A stretch of 64,000 bases of DNA, from NCBI RefSeq assembly GCF_018977255.1, contig NW_024704747.1, positions 22,320,001 to 22,384,000 of the forward strand, given 5' to 3'. A program made the translations under genes and the position numbers. The stretch comes from Callorhinchus milii. Taxonomy: Eukaryota. The notes beneath the pieces are model-generated. The model did no database searches. It was given only the letters and a program-made list of their open reading frames with translations, and was not told where the DNA came from. This document shows, in pieces, positions 51,698 through 64,000 of the stretch (positions within the stretch are counted from its first letter, which is position 1; each line of letters begins with the position of its first letter).

Positions 51698-52040
51698 ATT
51701 AATAAAAATCCTTGCATTTGATTTAGTGCCTTATCATGTTGTCGAGACGTCTGAAAGTGGGTCACGGGAAATACTGTTAAGTGTTTTTTGTGGTTGAAAC
51801 TCAGCAGCCGGTTTGCACACAGCAATATCCCACAAACATTCATGAAGTGAATGGCCAATTGTTATGTTGGCCAAGACACTGGAGAAACTTCCTTCTCTTT
51901 TCGAATAGTGCCATGGGATCTTTAACATCCATGTGAACAGGCAGTCGGGACCTCAGCTTAATGTCTCATCCAAAGGATGACACCTCCAACAATGCAACAC
52001 ACCTCCAGCATTGCATTGCAGTGGCACGAGAGGTTATGAC
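51698..52040 (-). mobile_element. Older Deu-domain SINE
   Basis: tcgaatagtgccatgggatctttaacatcc...gggacctcagcttaatgtctcatccaaaggatgacacctcc. Confidence 0.82.
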
Positions 52041-52529
52041 TGTTCTGTGATACTGCAAATTATTGGACCTCGCTACAGATGTCTTGAAAGAATTGCGGTT
52101 GCTGTAAAAAAGGGTTGAAATTAGCCATCAAGTCACCCTCATCATTTATTCCCTGAGAGCTGACATTGGAAGCCAAGTTCCCACTTTCTTTCCTCTACTG
52201 CCATAAGACAGTATTTCAAGTTCTAGCCCCACTGACCTTCCTGAAGACAAAGGGAGTTGTCACTAAACTGCTTCAGCAAACCTGAGCTGTGAAGACAGCT
52301 CCACTCGACAGGTTTCCAAGAGTTGCTCTACTTTACTTACAATCACCTGCATTTATGTCATGCCTTTCACATAAGATAACATCTCCCTCACTCACTCTCC
52401 CCAATTTTACTTTCTTAATCCTGAATAATCGCTACACACAAGGTTCTTTTCTAAGCTGCCATGATTCGCAAGACATCAGGAAGACCGCTACGAGCAAAAT
52501 CATTAAAATAATCCTTGCATTTTATGCCG

Positions 52530-53146
52530 CCATTGTCTCACCCGCAGGCTGCCAAAACTCTCATATACGCATTCATTACATTGAGGCTTGACTATGCAAA
52601 TTCCTTGCATGTCGGCCTCCCCAACTCCTCCCTCCATAGGCTGCAGATCATCCAGATCTCTGCAGGTCATGTCCTCTCACGCACTAGGCTCCGTGATCCT
52701 ATCATCCCCATCCACGCCTGACTCCACTGGCTTCTTATCACACAGAGGATACAATTCAAGATCCTGGTCCTCACCTTCAAAGCCCTCCATGGTTTTGCTC
52801 CCCCCTACCTCTGCGACCTCCTAATGCTCTACCATCCCCCCTACACTCTCGCTCAGTGGGCTCTGGCCTGCTTCACGTCCCCCGCCTCGCCCGGCCCACC
52901 ATTGGGCCTTCTGCCACCCTGCTCCCGCTCTCTTGACAGTCCCGCAGTCCCTTCAACTCACCCCTCCCTTGCCTCCTTTAAGACCCATCTCAAGACCCTC
53001 CTCTTCAACCGTGCTTTCACCCTGTCCTCCACTCTGCCCAATCCCGACCCCCAGCTCAGGTCCGAAACGCTGACTGTCCAGCACTTTGGGATGTTCCCCC
53101 TGACGTGAAAGGCGCTATACAAATGTAATTTTTATTATTGTTGTTG
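52530..53146 (+). mobile_element. L2 LINE 3' fragment, frameshifted
   Basis: AAKTLIYAFITLRLDYANSL...HVLSRTRLRDPIIP...FKTHLKTLLFNRAF, followed by the tail gacgtgaaaggcgctatacaaatg...ttgttgttg. Confidence 0.92.
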
Positions 53147-55615
53147 TTTGTTTATAAAGCGCCTTATCACATCTTCGAGACATCTCAATGCACTTCACAG
53201 AACATACTATCAAGTGTAGTGACTGTATCGGCACAGAGAACCAGGAAAACATGGTAGTGCCTTACCCACTGTCCAAACCTGTGACTGAATAATAACTCTG
53301 CCTCGCACTAGAGCAAGAACTTCGGAGCACAGGCTGATTAAAACACTTTTAATCTTTCAGCCCCCACACATAGACATCAGGTCCTATGTTCACAGTTACT
53401 TAACAGTTGATGTATTCCTACGGCTTATTCAATTTTACAGCAGTAAGATGTGTTTCTTTACTGTTCCCCCAGACTGATTAGACACAGTTGTGTATGTCCA
53501 GGCTTCGTAGCACATTTTTAAGTACCAACTGTGCAACATGAAGCCATGTAATCCTTTTATCTTCTGCATCCAGTGTAGGTGATAGTTAATGTGAAACACA
53601 CTGGAAAATGCATCACTATATAAAAAAACATCTGTTTAACCGAGAATTTCATTTAGAGAACTTCAGTTCTGTTCTGAGATTTCACCTGCTGCTGTGGAAG
53701 GGGAAAAGGGACCAAGAAAAAAAAAACGTGGTAACTTGGCAAAGTGTATATTTGGTTCAATACTACAGCACAAAAAACTGAACCGATAAAGAGGGAATGC
53801 AAATACATGTATCGTGTCTTTTATGACATCTCATTGAACTCAACTGCTACAAGCTTCACATCTCATCATCACGTTTCATAGAGGATTGACGGGTGTAAAA
53901 CACCTTTTATTACAATAATTCAAAAACATCTGATTGTATCCAGCTGTTTGAAGAGGGTCTAACCCAAACAGTCAGTGGATAAATGTACCACCTGATGTGG
54001 TTCTCAGTCATGCAGGGCAGGATTTTAGTGCCCAAAATGTATGGTGACCAGGATATTTAAATGATAAATTTAACAACGAGAGCATTTTATGGCCAAGATT
54101 TTACTGCCCAGGAATGTTCCTGGTTTAATGGGCAGTTTGTGTTAAGTTCTTCACTTGCGATCTCTATCTAGTGACTCCAACTAGAAAGCAACGGCCCCAC
54201 TTTCCTATTAAAATGATTTAGGAAAGATGCAAATAGTGTGGACTTGGCAATTGGTTTAGGGGCACAAAGGCATGTCTGCCACACAATAGCAGAGAGGAAA
54301 GACAGCTGTTTTACAGTATTTACATTTCTCTTTCATGTATCATGTGACAATAATTTGCATTGAACCTTTTTGTTGATGGAGGGATGCGGGGGTGGGGGAG
54401 AGTGAGATGAGGAAATAAATTCTGAAGATTAGTACAACTGCCTTGTGCTTACTTGACGGTGGCTGATACAATACACATGGACATTAAGGAAGAAGCTGCC
54501 TTACTTGATTGCAATGGGAGACAGGCTTACTGGCATTGATGCAGCTCATTGGCTTTTACTGATCAGCACAGTGTCATGTCAGGACTGCAGATAAACTGGA
54601 TTGAAATTTGAAATAAGAAGCAGTGTTATCAAGCACAATCCTCTCAGGAAATTGGTGGGTTTTCCTCCTTGCTTCTGGAACTGCTTTATATTCATCCAGT
54701 ATCTCATCCCCCCACCACCACCCCCACCAAATTCTGCAGTGAATTATTATCGTACACAATGCTCTCCTTATTTAGAAGTCTGGGGCCTAAAATAGTGATA
54801 TTCTTGAACATTTAATTAAGGAATAGTGTTAAAATGCACCTTTCGCAATTATTCCCCACCCCGTGTGTCAGCCCAGGCGATAAGTTCAAAGTCCTACCGT
54901 GGGGCTTGAACCCACAGTCTCTATACCCTGAACCAATAGTGCTGTGGGTTTCAGCTATGCCGAGCTGACACACTGTTGGCCTGACTATATTCTAGGGCTT
55001 GCTGCACAGATGCATGGAATAGCAGGCTAACTATTAGGATGAGTTAATTATAAAGCCTCCTTTTAATTCCCTATAAAATATTTACTAACTCTTTTCTGAA
55101 CTCTGCACTGATATTCTACGTTCACTTTTTGCCTTTACTTCCTGGTATCATTGGAAATCCTGTTTGTCCCCAACAGTAAATGAATGGCAACACTATTCGG
55201 AGCCTCGCTCTCCTAGTTCTATATTTTTATACATCTATATATACACACACACACAAGCACAAGTCATTACAAAGCAATGTTCTTCCCGGTTTATTTTACA
55301 ACAAAGAACGGGTTAGCAGATGTTGCAGGGACAGAAAGGTCAAGCGCAATGGGGGAAAAAAAACATACCATATTTCGACTGAACATATTTAAAGGGGAAC
55401 TGAAGAATGTCAATGATGGAATAATTTGGCTGGCACTTACAATTACTGTACAAATTGCAAATAAACTCAGTAGACCAGGCTAATAAGAACACAATGGGAT
55501 AAAACATTCGCATCCTCTTTCTACCCTTCATCCAAAGTAAACAGCTGGTCCCTTATGCTCCTCTTTTACTTGAGTGAGTGAGTGAGTGGAAGTGGCTTTC
55601 GTCTCATGTACTTAC

Positions 55616-55731
55616 ATGTGGGGGCTGAGCTCATAGAAGTTCCTGTTACGATATTCCTCTACCTTCTCTGGTGTGTAGATTGGTAACTGTCTGTACGGAT
55701 TCATGGATATAACTACACTTCCAATATACGT
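55616..55731 (-). CDS. myo1b: Myosin-Ib coding exon (probably exon 3): TYIGSVVISMNPYRQLPIYTPEKVEEYRNRNFYELSPH(I)
   Basis: 116 nt exon on the minus strand. Acceptor ttttttcttgccgcag, donor AT|gtaagt. The peptide matches recalled vertebrate MYO1B (PEKVEEYRNRNFYELSPH) rather than MYO1A. It ends in phase 2, matching the next exon. Confidence 0.97.
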
Positions 55732-58065
55732 CTGCGGCAAGAAAAAAAGGGAAAGAAAAAAAGTTAGCAAAACTACAAAGATTTTTCAAACAGAGTCAAC
55801 AACAACAACAATTTGGATTTATATAGCGCGCTCCATGCCGGACGGCATCTCAGAGCGCTCTAACTTAAGATACTTGCACTGACAGAAGAAACAAATTATC
55901 ATAATAATCTTTGCATTTGATATACCAGTAAACCATATCACATAAGTCACATCAGTTGGGACCATACATTTAACACAACTTATGCAAAGTATGAGTTATG
56001 TCAAACTTGCATGGAATATAAAATCTTGAACAGAACTTGGGCAGATGTACGATTTAGGCGAATATACAAATCAAATTTATGTGAGTTTTACTTATACTTA
56101 TGTGCCTTATCACATCATTGAGAAGTCATTGTGTGCACGCAGCCACACACACATGCACACCTTTCCTCTTCCTTAAGTTCAGAAATGCTAAGGTCACTTG
56201 TAGCACCTTCCCAGTACCAGACCATGTGGTTCAATTGCTCAGTGAAGCGAGCTGCTAGAAAGGTCAACAGCCTCCAACTGTAAGGTGAAAGACAATCTCC
56301 ATTATTGAAAGCTACATTCCCAGCTAATCATCGGTTTCCACGTTTCCCCGGAGTGCTGCTGCCCACCCAGTCCAGCATTATTTCACGACCCAAACCCATC
56401 ATCCCTGACACATTCATTGCTGGTAGCAGTGAGGGAAGCTGCACATAAGCAAAACAAAAGGTTTACTAGGTCAAAGTCAAGCTGCCCCAATCTCTTCCCA
56501 ATTCTACAGCAGGTTGCACAATATATGTTGAAAAGGTTACGGTTTGTTGAAGCAGATGCATCACGTGTGTTGATTATGGTAATTAATATTTTGTGCTAAG
56601 TATTTTAAGAACTGAACATTCTGTTGTAGCACAGCCTGGCCCGGTTCCCAAATTGTACATTAAAGATTCTTATTATCAGTAGGACACAGTCACAGTTACA
56701 TTGAATTATATAGGACTATTACAGCACAGAAATAGACCACTCAACCCAATTGGTTTGTACTCCATATGAGCCTCCACCACTCCTAATCCCCTCTCCCACA
56801 CGCTGCTATTTTCATCTCTAGTGTGCAAAGTTCCTTAGGAAGTTTACATTTTAACTGACTTTTTTCTCTTAGAAATCCACTAACTAATTTTTGTACACTC
56901 CAAATTCCCACCCCCAATTCTGCTGAAGGCACTGACTCCTTGTGAGGTACAATTTCACAGGTGACTGTCACTCTCCTCAACTTCACCCACTCTTCATCTG
57001 TTAGCCCAGCCAGAAAATGTAGACAGGCTATTTAACCATGACCAAACATCAGAGCCAAGCCTGCTTATGGCCTCTCCAAATGTCGACAACACACACACAA
57101 ACTTTTCTCTTCTAAAGATGAGGGATACCACTGTAGCATCCCAATTTCTGCCCTGGCTGAGTTCAGCCAAATTCAGCACAGTCCTAGGACTGAACATGCA
57201 ACTATCTGGTCTGTAGGACTAAGTTTCACAGTAGGCAATGTGTTCATTCATTGAACCATCAGGAAAGCTTCCAATGCTTAGCATATGGCTAATGATCCTC
57301 AGGTGGATGGTAAAGTAGGGGTGGGGGAAAGAGAGAGAAAGGATGAACAACACAGAATTTCCAATGAAGAATATTCTGTTGAGCTTTTACTGCTCCCACC
57401 CAGCAACTGGCCTCAGAAATAATAAAGCGAATGTGTGCTTATGCCTTTGAATTTATTTTAGCAGCAATTTGTTCTCAATAAGATTTGGATACCAAGTACT
57501 GACTACAACAGAAAAAGCCCTCAACATAGCTACAGTTAGAGGCTAAGAGAAGATCCTCCCCCCCATCCAAAACTTTGATTTGAAGAGTAAGGGGATCTCC
57601 TGAGGGAATCAGCGAAAGTCTTTTAAATTAGGACCTTTAAAATTACAATTAGACTAAACTATATGTAAATCATTAGAGTTGTAACATGGAATATTTTTCA
57701 CCTGCGGACTGCAACCTAGACAGAGAGATGCCTTTGAAAAGCTTTCTCTATTGCCTTTTGTAATAAATGGTTTCCACAAGGCTTCTTTCAAGTAGTAAGT
57801 GAACCGAGGGAAGAGAATCATTGCTCAGCATGAGCTAGCAAACGGCTGTCTCAGTCTGTGTGCGCGATGGCCTGAAGTGCCCACATTGAGAAATTAACAG
57901 AGAGCATGAGTTGTTTGCCAATTTGACTCTTGTGCCAGCGAACTCAACAGATCATTTATACCACAGGCAACTTTTCCGCCCTGGTAAACAGGTAGAGTTT
58001 GGGGCACAGGATCAAAGAGCCACAGTCCACCTGCTTTACTACAGTCACCATTAAAAGAAACTGGA

Positions 58066-58168
58066 ACAAAAAATGCTGGAAATACACAGAAAGTCATTCC
58101 GCATTTGAAAGTGAAAAATAAGTTAACCGTACCCTGCTTCAGATTTCCTGCTTTTATTTCAGATTTCA
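58066..58168. repeat. Remnant of a common shark repeat (possibly Penelope-associated)
   Basis: aaatgctggaaatacacag...agttaac...ctgcttttatttcagatttc resembles a recalled elasmobranch repeat terminus. Confidence 0.4.
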
Positions 58169-59832
58169 GTTCCACACCTTTACTCTTTTTTTCACCTATA
58201 AACCTTGGGTTGATTTTCATTCTGCCAATTATATAAGCACTTAAATAACTTAAAGTAGCCTCGATGAGCTGCCTCCCTCAGCATCTCCTTGCATCAGTTT
58301 ACATCCAAGTGGTTGGAAGAACTGTGGCTCTGGTAGAATCGCTCTTAAACAAATCTAAAACAAAGAGGTGGAATCTAAGGCAATACAGTAAACAGTGCAT
58401 TTCTACATTCTGCCATCAATGCACTGAATGAGAGGTTTAATTCAGTCTGAAGTTTTGAATGCCTGGCAAAAGCTGATTTTTTTTTCTACAATTAACTCAG
58501 TGTTCCTAGTAAGAGCACAGCACAGCTTCGCCCCCAAAATGTCACAAATGGTAAACTTCAAGGACATTACGACTTCACAGAGGATTATCAAAATTGGACT
58601 CTTGTAAAAGATTGAAATATTCTATAGGAAACTCGCATGATATCTTGCCATTAAAACTAAATTATTTTGAGGCTGCTGTTCACAGCAAATTGGATAAGTG
58701 AAGATCTGGATAAGTGAAGCAAAATCATTCGAGGATCCCTATGTTTACAACTTTAAGGAAACACAGTACATGCCAAAGGTTGTGAATGGTTACATCTTTA
58801 TTATCTGTATGTTTACCTGAGATAATGGCTCAAGTTGAACTTTTTCTACAGTTATGTAGATCAGCACGTCAGTCTTGATACTGCACTGATATGGTATATA
58901 AAGTGGAAGCCGCTTAAGCCGGACACATCAGGGATGGTTGGTTTTGTCCAATCTATCCAGTGTCTGTGCGATAACAATAATTTGCACTTATATAGCGCCC
59001 TCTGCGCACTGTAGCGTCTCACAGCGCTTAACAGTGGAGGAGCCTGTCTCTGAGCCAGTGGGTGGGGGGGTGGGGGGGACGTGATTGTGTCTGGCTAAAT
59101 TTATATTAAACCCACGACATTCTGACTCAGAAGCAGAGACAAGAATGCTATCAACCAATGTAGGATACATATATAATGTGTGCTGTATAGAATTTCTAAT
59201 ACTCTCTGCATGAATTGTGATGCAAGTCTCACCTCACCAGACATGCAAATTAGACTTAAATGACTATATCTGCGTGACAGTCGGCCAGCAGTCAAAGACA
59301 CTTCCTCCCTGGTTCCATTACATGAACAGTACAGGTGCACACGACTTGTTGTTAATATTGAAAGAATACACGGTGACAAAAGTTTTAATTTCCGACGGGC
59401 TTTGGCCACAACAATCACACCAGGTGAACAAATACAAAACCCTTTCCAGCACGTTCCTTCGAGAGAAAAGACTTATTTAAGTTTTGATTAACCTTTCCCC
59501 CCCTTTACCCCCAATGTAATATTTTCACATACTGCATTGTGCTTTAAATTACTGTACTTTTAAAACTGCCCCATTTCATTCCCCACCCACATCTTTTTCA
59601 CGTCGATCTCTCATCATGAGTATCAAGGCCTACTTTTTTTCTTTATGTGTGTTTGGTAATTTCCCCCCTCCTCCTCCACAACCCCCCACCAACTCCAGCA
59701 AAAATGTCAAGCACTTTGGGGACATCTGCCCGATGTAAAAGGTGCTATATAAATGATAATGATTTGTTCAACATCACAATTTGACAGCCAACAAAGAAGG
59801 TTTACACAACAGAGTGCCAGCCTAGCCTATTT

Positions 59833-60070
59833 GGTTTGAAATTCCACTGTTTTAGTTTGTGAGGCCATTTTCTCTTAAAATAGAAGATAGTGAAGAATTC
59901 TGGAAAACTCTTAAATCCAATCTTAATTAATAATTCAGTTCATTTTAAGAACATTGGGAAAACAGGCTTCCAAATTAAAACAGCTGTTGAGAATTTTCCA
60001 CAGTCCTGTGCAATCTTAAATTTTAAGGCGACATGGTCTTAGAAAAAACGACTCGATGGAATTTCGGGCC
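59833..60070. repeat. Palindromic element, probable copy 3
   Basis: Termini gaaattcca / tggaatttc. The core tcagttcattttaagaac...gaaaac resembles the core of copy 1. Confidence 0.6.
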
Positions 60071-61574
60071 TACAATTGCTTTTCTCTACATAACCTCTGC
60101 ACAGTGTAATTATCGAGCCCCCAGAACCAGCATTCATTCTGAAGAGCACTGAACAAACATACTCAGGGTCACGCCACCGTCACAACACTTGGCCCAACTC
60201 CCGTTTGTCTGAAAAAAGTGTGGTTTCCTTAGTTTGTCATCCAACTTTCTACTCTGAACATCAATAAGCCAAAAAAAAACACAGCTAAGCAAAAAAGGAT
60301 TAGCAGCAGACACTTTGGCAGCATTTCCCTGGCATTGCCAGATTACAGTTCACATTTTGTCTCCAATATAAGTGTGATTCATCAATAGTTATTAAACAAG
60401 GCCCTTATCATCACAGCGAGAAAGAGGACATTGAATCCGAGTTACCGCTCTTTAGAAATCAGGGATGAGAAATTGCACTGCTCTCCATATACTATATAAA
60501 AAGTTCAAGCTCTGTAGCTCTGCTTCTCATGTTGGAATAGCCTGCCAAAGCTCAATGTTTAGTCTTCCACGGGCTTGACACTCGTGTGAGATGCCAGAGG
60601 CTAGCCCATGTCCAGAAGCGCAAGCAGGACCTTCAGCATAGAAAGAAGGAAAAGTTGACAATTTTAAAAGGAAAAAAACACTACCAAGCAACTATTCTAA
60701 ATCAGAGAGTCTGGTTTTGGAAACCACAGTAAACAAGACTCCATATGCTGAATTCCTTTCATTTAATGCAATTGTTTCCTCCCAAATATACACGAATAGC
60801 CCAAGGCTAAAAATACCACAAGTAATGTTCCAAAAAACATGAAAGCAATGTTATTATTAGATACCTATTTCATTGACTGGATTTATGCTGTGAGCAGGGA
60901 GAGCGATGGGGGATAGAATGCAAGACCTAAGAAAGAAGCATTATAGGTGTACAGCAGGAGTCAGTGTAGCATACTAAAGATAAGTCCAAAAGTGGAGTGG
61001 AGCAAGAAAGAAATAGAAGGGCAGGGGAAGGAATAAGGTACCAGTGTGTAGGTGTTTAATGAAATCGAAACAAACAATTTCTAACACAACAAGCCACACA
61101 CAAGACGTGGTGTAACAGTAATCTGGTTGCATTTCTGATTTGGACAGAAGACAGAAACTACTCAAACGATTACAATGTAAATCCGGAATGGTTTCATGCA
61201 TGAGATTATGTTCTTCTGAAAGCTCTATGGATAAATGTGTTACTGAGCCACAAAAATTTGGAAGATGGCCCAGGTTCAATCGTTAAGACTGTGCTGATGT
61301 GACAGAGCTGTACTAGCTTCTACGTCCCACTTTCCTTTTACTTCTACAACCTGAGTTTAAATCTAAGAAGATTTTCTCTGTGGTACCTGCTGAAGACAGG
61401 GGGGAAATTAACAGGTACAGTTGCAATCCATTCCTACTGGCATAGGACTACAGTACAAACCTTCACATAATTCACCATAAGTTGATAAATCACACCCAGA
61501 AAGCTATCACAATAATACATTTACACTTCTATTATACCAGTCATGTCAGAATGGACATCTCAAAGAAACTGCAT

Positions 61575-61640
61575 AAAGCGCCTTGGGACGTTCTCCCAAC
61601 GTGAAAGGCGCTATACAAATGTAATCTTGTTGTTGTTGTA
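61575..61640 (+). mobile_element. L2 tail-only fragment; similar ones near 1175-1245(-), 5590-5650(-), 6240-6295(+), 6995-7055(+), 15060-15120(+), 33390-33450(-), 42640-42695(+), 55797-55860(-), 58972-59030(-), 59708-59768(+)
   Basis: agcgccttgggacgttctcccaacgtgaaaggcgctatacaaatgtaatcttgttgttgttg matches the 3' end of the longer L2 copies. Confidence 0.8.
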
Positions 61641-61749
61641 GTAAAGAGATAGGAGCACACTACTGCGTCTTTTTTCGACATACAATATGGTATATAAGGT
61701 GGAGATACATAGATAATGTATTTATGTACTACGTACATTTTGTGAGCGT

Positions 61750-61863
61750 TCCTCCCACAAAATATACAGTCAATTCACTTTACAGTATATTCTGTGAAGC
61801 GCTTTGAGACATCTCAAAGACATGATAAGGTGCTATATCAAATGCAAGGATTATTATTATTAT
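61750..61863 (+). mobile_element. SINE 3' tail-only copy; similar ones near 1955-2085, 7855-8005, 12150-12272, 15230-15345, 19165-19325, 30565-30686, 32070-32205, 35308-35440, 35690-35825, 42355-42462, 62745-62840 (+) and 37305-37420, 45432-45542, 53150-53228 (-)
   Basis: cccacaaaatatacagtcaattcactttacagtatattctgtgaagcgctttgagac...gctatatcaaatgcaaggattattatt recurs throughout the window. Confidence 0.88.
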
Positions 61864-64000
61864 AGATATTAGAAAGAATTCAGAGAAGGTCAACTGAGAT
61901 GATTCCATAATTTAGATTATTGGGATTTGGTAAATGAAAGTTAAAACTGTGGATGGAAAATGGAAAAGGAAAGGAAGAAACAAGGTGCAGAAGAAACAAC
62001 GAGGGAATAACAAGTTGAATTACTAATTAAGTTTTGTGCAGGAAAAGCAGAAACATAATTAAATAAAGCTGGCACTAGCTGAACAAAGCCTAGGAACCAG
62101 CTGCCTCACACTTAGAATGGTTAATGTATGGATTCAGGTTGGTCTCCACATGGGCTGGGCTGAGGTCCTCTGAGGATCATTTAAAGAAGCACATGGTTAA
62201 CCACATTGTGTGCAGATCTTGCCACCAAGAAAAAACATCCAATTCAGCCGATCAGATGATGCATTGCATGGCATGAGAAGCCATCAGTCAGCAAACACAA
62301 GTTGCCAATACGTTGCAGGAAAGTGTACAGTATAGCTGACATCATCCCCGAGACAGAGAGACGAAAGCCGCATGAAAAATATAGTCTATTGGTGGATTAA
62401 CGGAAAACACACAGCACTGCCAGAAACCACAAGCCTTGAAATTACAGGAAAACATATGCAAACGTCTTCTGGAAGAGTATCGTATGGTTGGATAACTGCA
62501 GGAAGAACTTACTCTTCAATGATTTGTACTTTTTTGACCAGTGTGCATTAAACCCGTGAATTCACCATCCTCTGCATTTGCACTCCAGTGGTTCAGTGGC
62601 TTAGTTTTTCATGGAAGGTTTTTTTTTAAAAAAAAACAGATTTATAGGGATATTCTCTGGACCGTTTAAAAGACAAAAATATTCACTATTTCTTGAATCC
62701 TTAATTCATTTCATAATTAATCAAAGATCTAGGCAAAGTGAATGCACAGTCACTCCATTTTACAGTGTTTTCTATGAAAACTTTAATGAGACGTCCTCCC
62801 AACGGGAAAGAAGGCATATCAAATGTAAAGGATTATTATAATACTGTACCAATAAATCTTAGAAGGCAGAAATATCAGAGTGCGATATTACGCTGTCTTT
62901 AACAGAGCTCCTTCCATTACTCCCCTCACATATCGAACATGCAAACAAAACAAATTGAGACAAAATTCTCACCCTAGTTTGTTACCGTTTAGTTAACTGT
63001 ATTTTAAATTACCAAGGGATGGCTTTACTGCATCAAAACTTTTTTTGTAAAAAGCAGTGGACGACTAGAATGTTTAACGGAAACTTATAAGGGTTTTTTT
63101 TTTAAAATCAATCGACTGTATTCTAGAGTTTACAGATGCACATAAGCTTGGTGGTGTTCAAAAAACTAACATTCGGGATTTCAGAGGACGGGTTATAGTC
63201 AGAAACATCTTTCATTTCATGTATATCTTTCTTTTTATAGCCACAATGTTTAATAGCTTGTCAGAAACCATCTGAAATGGTTAGGGAGAAAGAGGGGGGA
63301 AATCTAATGAACAAGCTTTTGTTTGCAATAATAAATTTATATTCCCTTAATACCTGCTGCCCTAAACTCTCTCTCACTCACTCTGCAGACTGGCTCAGCT
63401 CTCGTTAACGTGGGTGGGAGACATAAGGCTGCACTCTCCACGCAGCCTCTCCATGCTGTTACATAAAAGCATATTATAAAATAAACAGTACCATAAGAGA
63501 CCCTTTCTAATTTGTGCTGTAGGAGGAGAGTAAATCACACCAGCACAGGTTCCAAACAAATCCAAGTTCAAAGCTGCTGGTGTAAAGGGCCAGCCTTCTT
63601 GTTGGCTGATCTTCCAAAAGAAAAGTTGAAGGTCGCAAGTTATTTGTCCATTAATACATTTCCTATAAAATCTACAGCAAAGCAGAAAGAACTTTGCTTA
63701 ATGAGCTTTCCATGTATGAAAAGTGCTTCAGATGGGAGTTTGACCATCATTCAGATAGGTATGAGTTCTGATGCATTAGGAAATGCCTCTTTAAATTCCC
63801 TGGTGCACAAAAGGCACTTTCTGATAGAACAGAAAAGGATTATGTGTCGACATATGTTCAAACATAAACTAATTGGAGGTTCTAAATATAACAGGGATGG
63901 GGAAAAGGCAGGGAATATGACTAAATTGTTAGCTCTTTCAGAAAGCTTGGAACAGTGAGCAGAATGGTCACCTTCTGTGTTGTATGTTTGTATGGTTCTC

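Larger units (their letters stand above)
24755..55615 (-). other. myo1b: Long myo1b intron (30,861 nt)
   Basis: Bounded by the GT of the 55616 exon and the AG of the 24754 exon. The protein is contiguous across it (H-AT|T-F), so no constitutive coding exon is missing. Confidence 0.93.

Noticed and set aside
1955-62840. Recurring short ORFs ending in YQMQGLLL or IKCKDYY, read as a peptide family or CRISPR-like array
   Set aside because: These are translations of the dispersed SINE tail. Spacing is irregular, both orientations occur, and the context is eukaryotic.
63512-63958. 148 aa plus-strand ORF (also 5104..5499 and 7348..7725)
   Set aside because: No recognisable domain, antisense within an intron, and the first runs into a CR1 remnant.
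1-64000. Apparent excess of SINEs antisense to myo1b
   Set aside because: My manual count showed only a modest skew, too small and uncertain to claim.

Overview
Vertebrate genomic DNA, most likely a cartilaginous fish (probably a chimaera such as Callorhinchus, inferred only from the repeat families). The whole window lies inside a myosin-Ib (myo1b) gene on the minus strand. Five coding exons of the motor domain can be read with canonical GT-AG sites and matching phases: 55616-55731, 24660-24754, 15362-15466, 13300-13346 and 12292-12355. The start-codon exon and the downstream exons were not found and probably lie outside the window. The rest is intron, packed with a young tRNA-Ala-headed SINE (two structural variants plus many tail-only copies), older Deu-domain SINEs, 5'-truncated L2 and CR1 LINE fragments, and several ~200 bp palindromic elements. 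The most notable non-obvious signals are: (i) a polypyrimidine-CAG|GTAAGT site in the 31 kb intron that could be a recursive splice site, or the donor of an in-frame Cys-rich alternative first exon (MARCLCCSTVSSF); (ii) a mirror-nested pair of inverted SINE and L2 copies around exons 4-7; (iii) three copies of one hairpin (MITE-like) family; (iv) a mosaic tRNA/CORE/Deu/L2-tail SINE. All alignments were done by eye, and repeat family names and exon numbers come from recalled sequences, not from searches.
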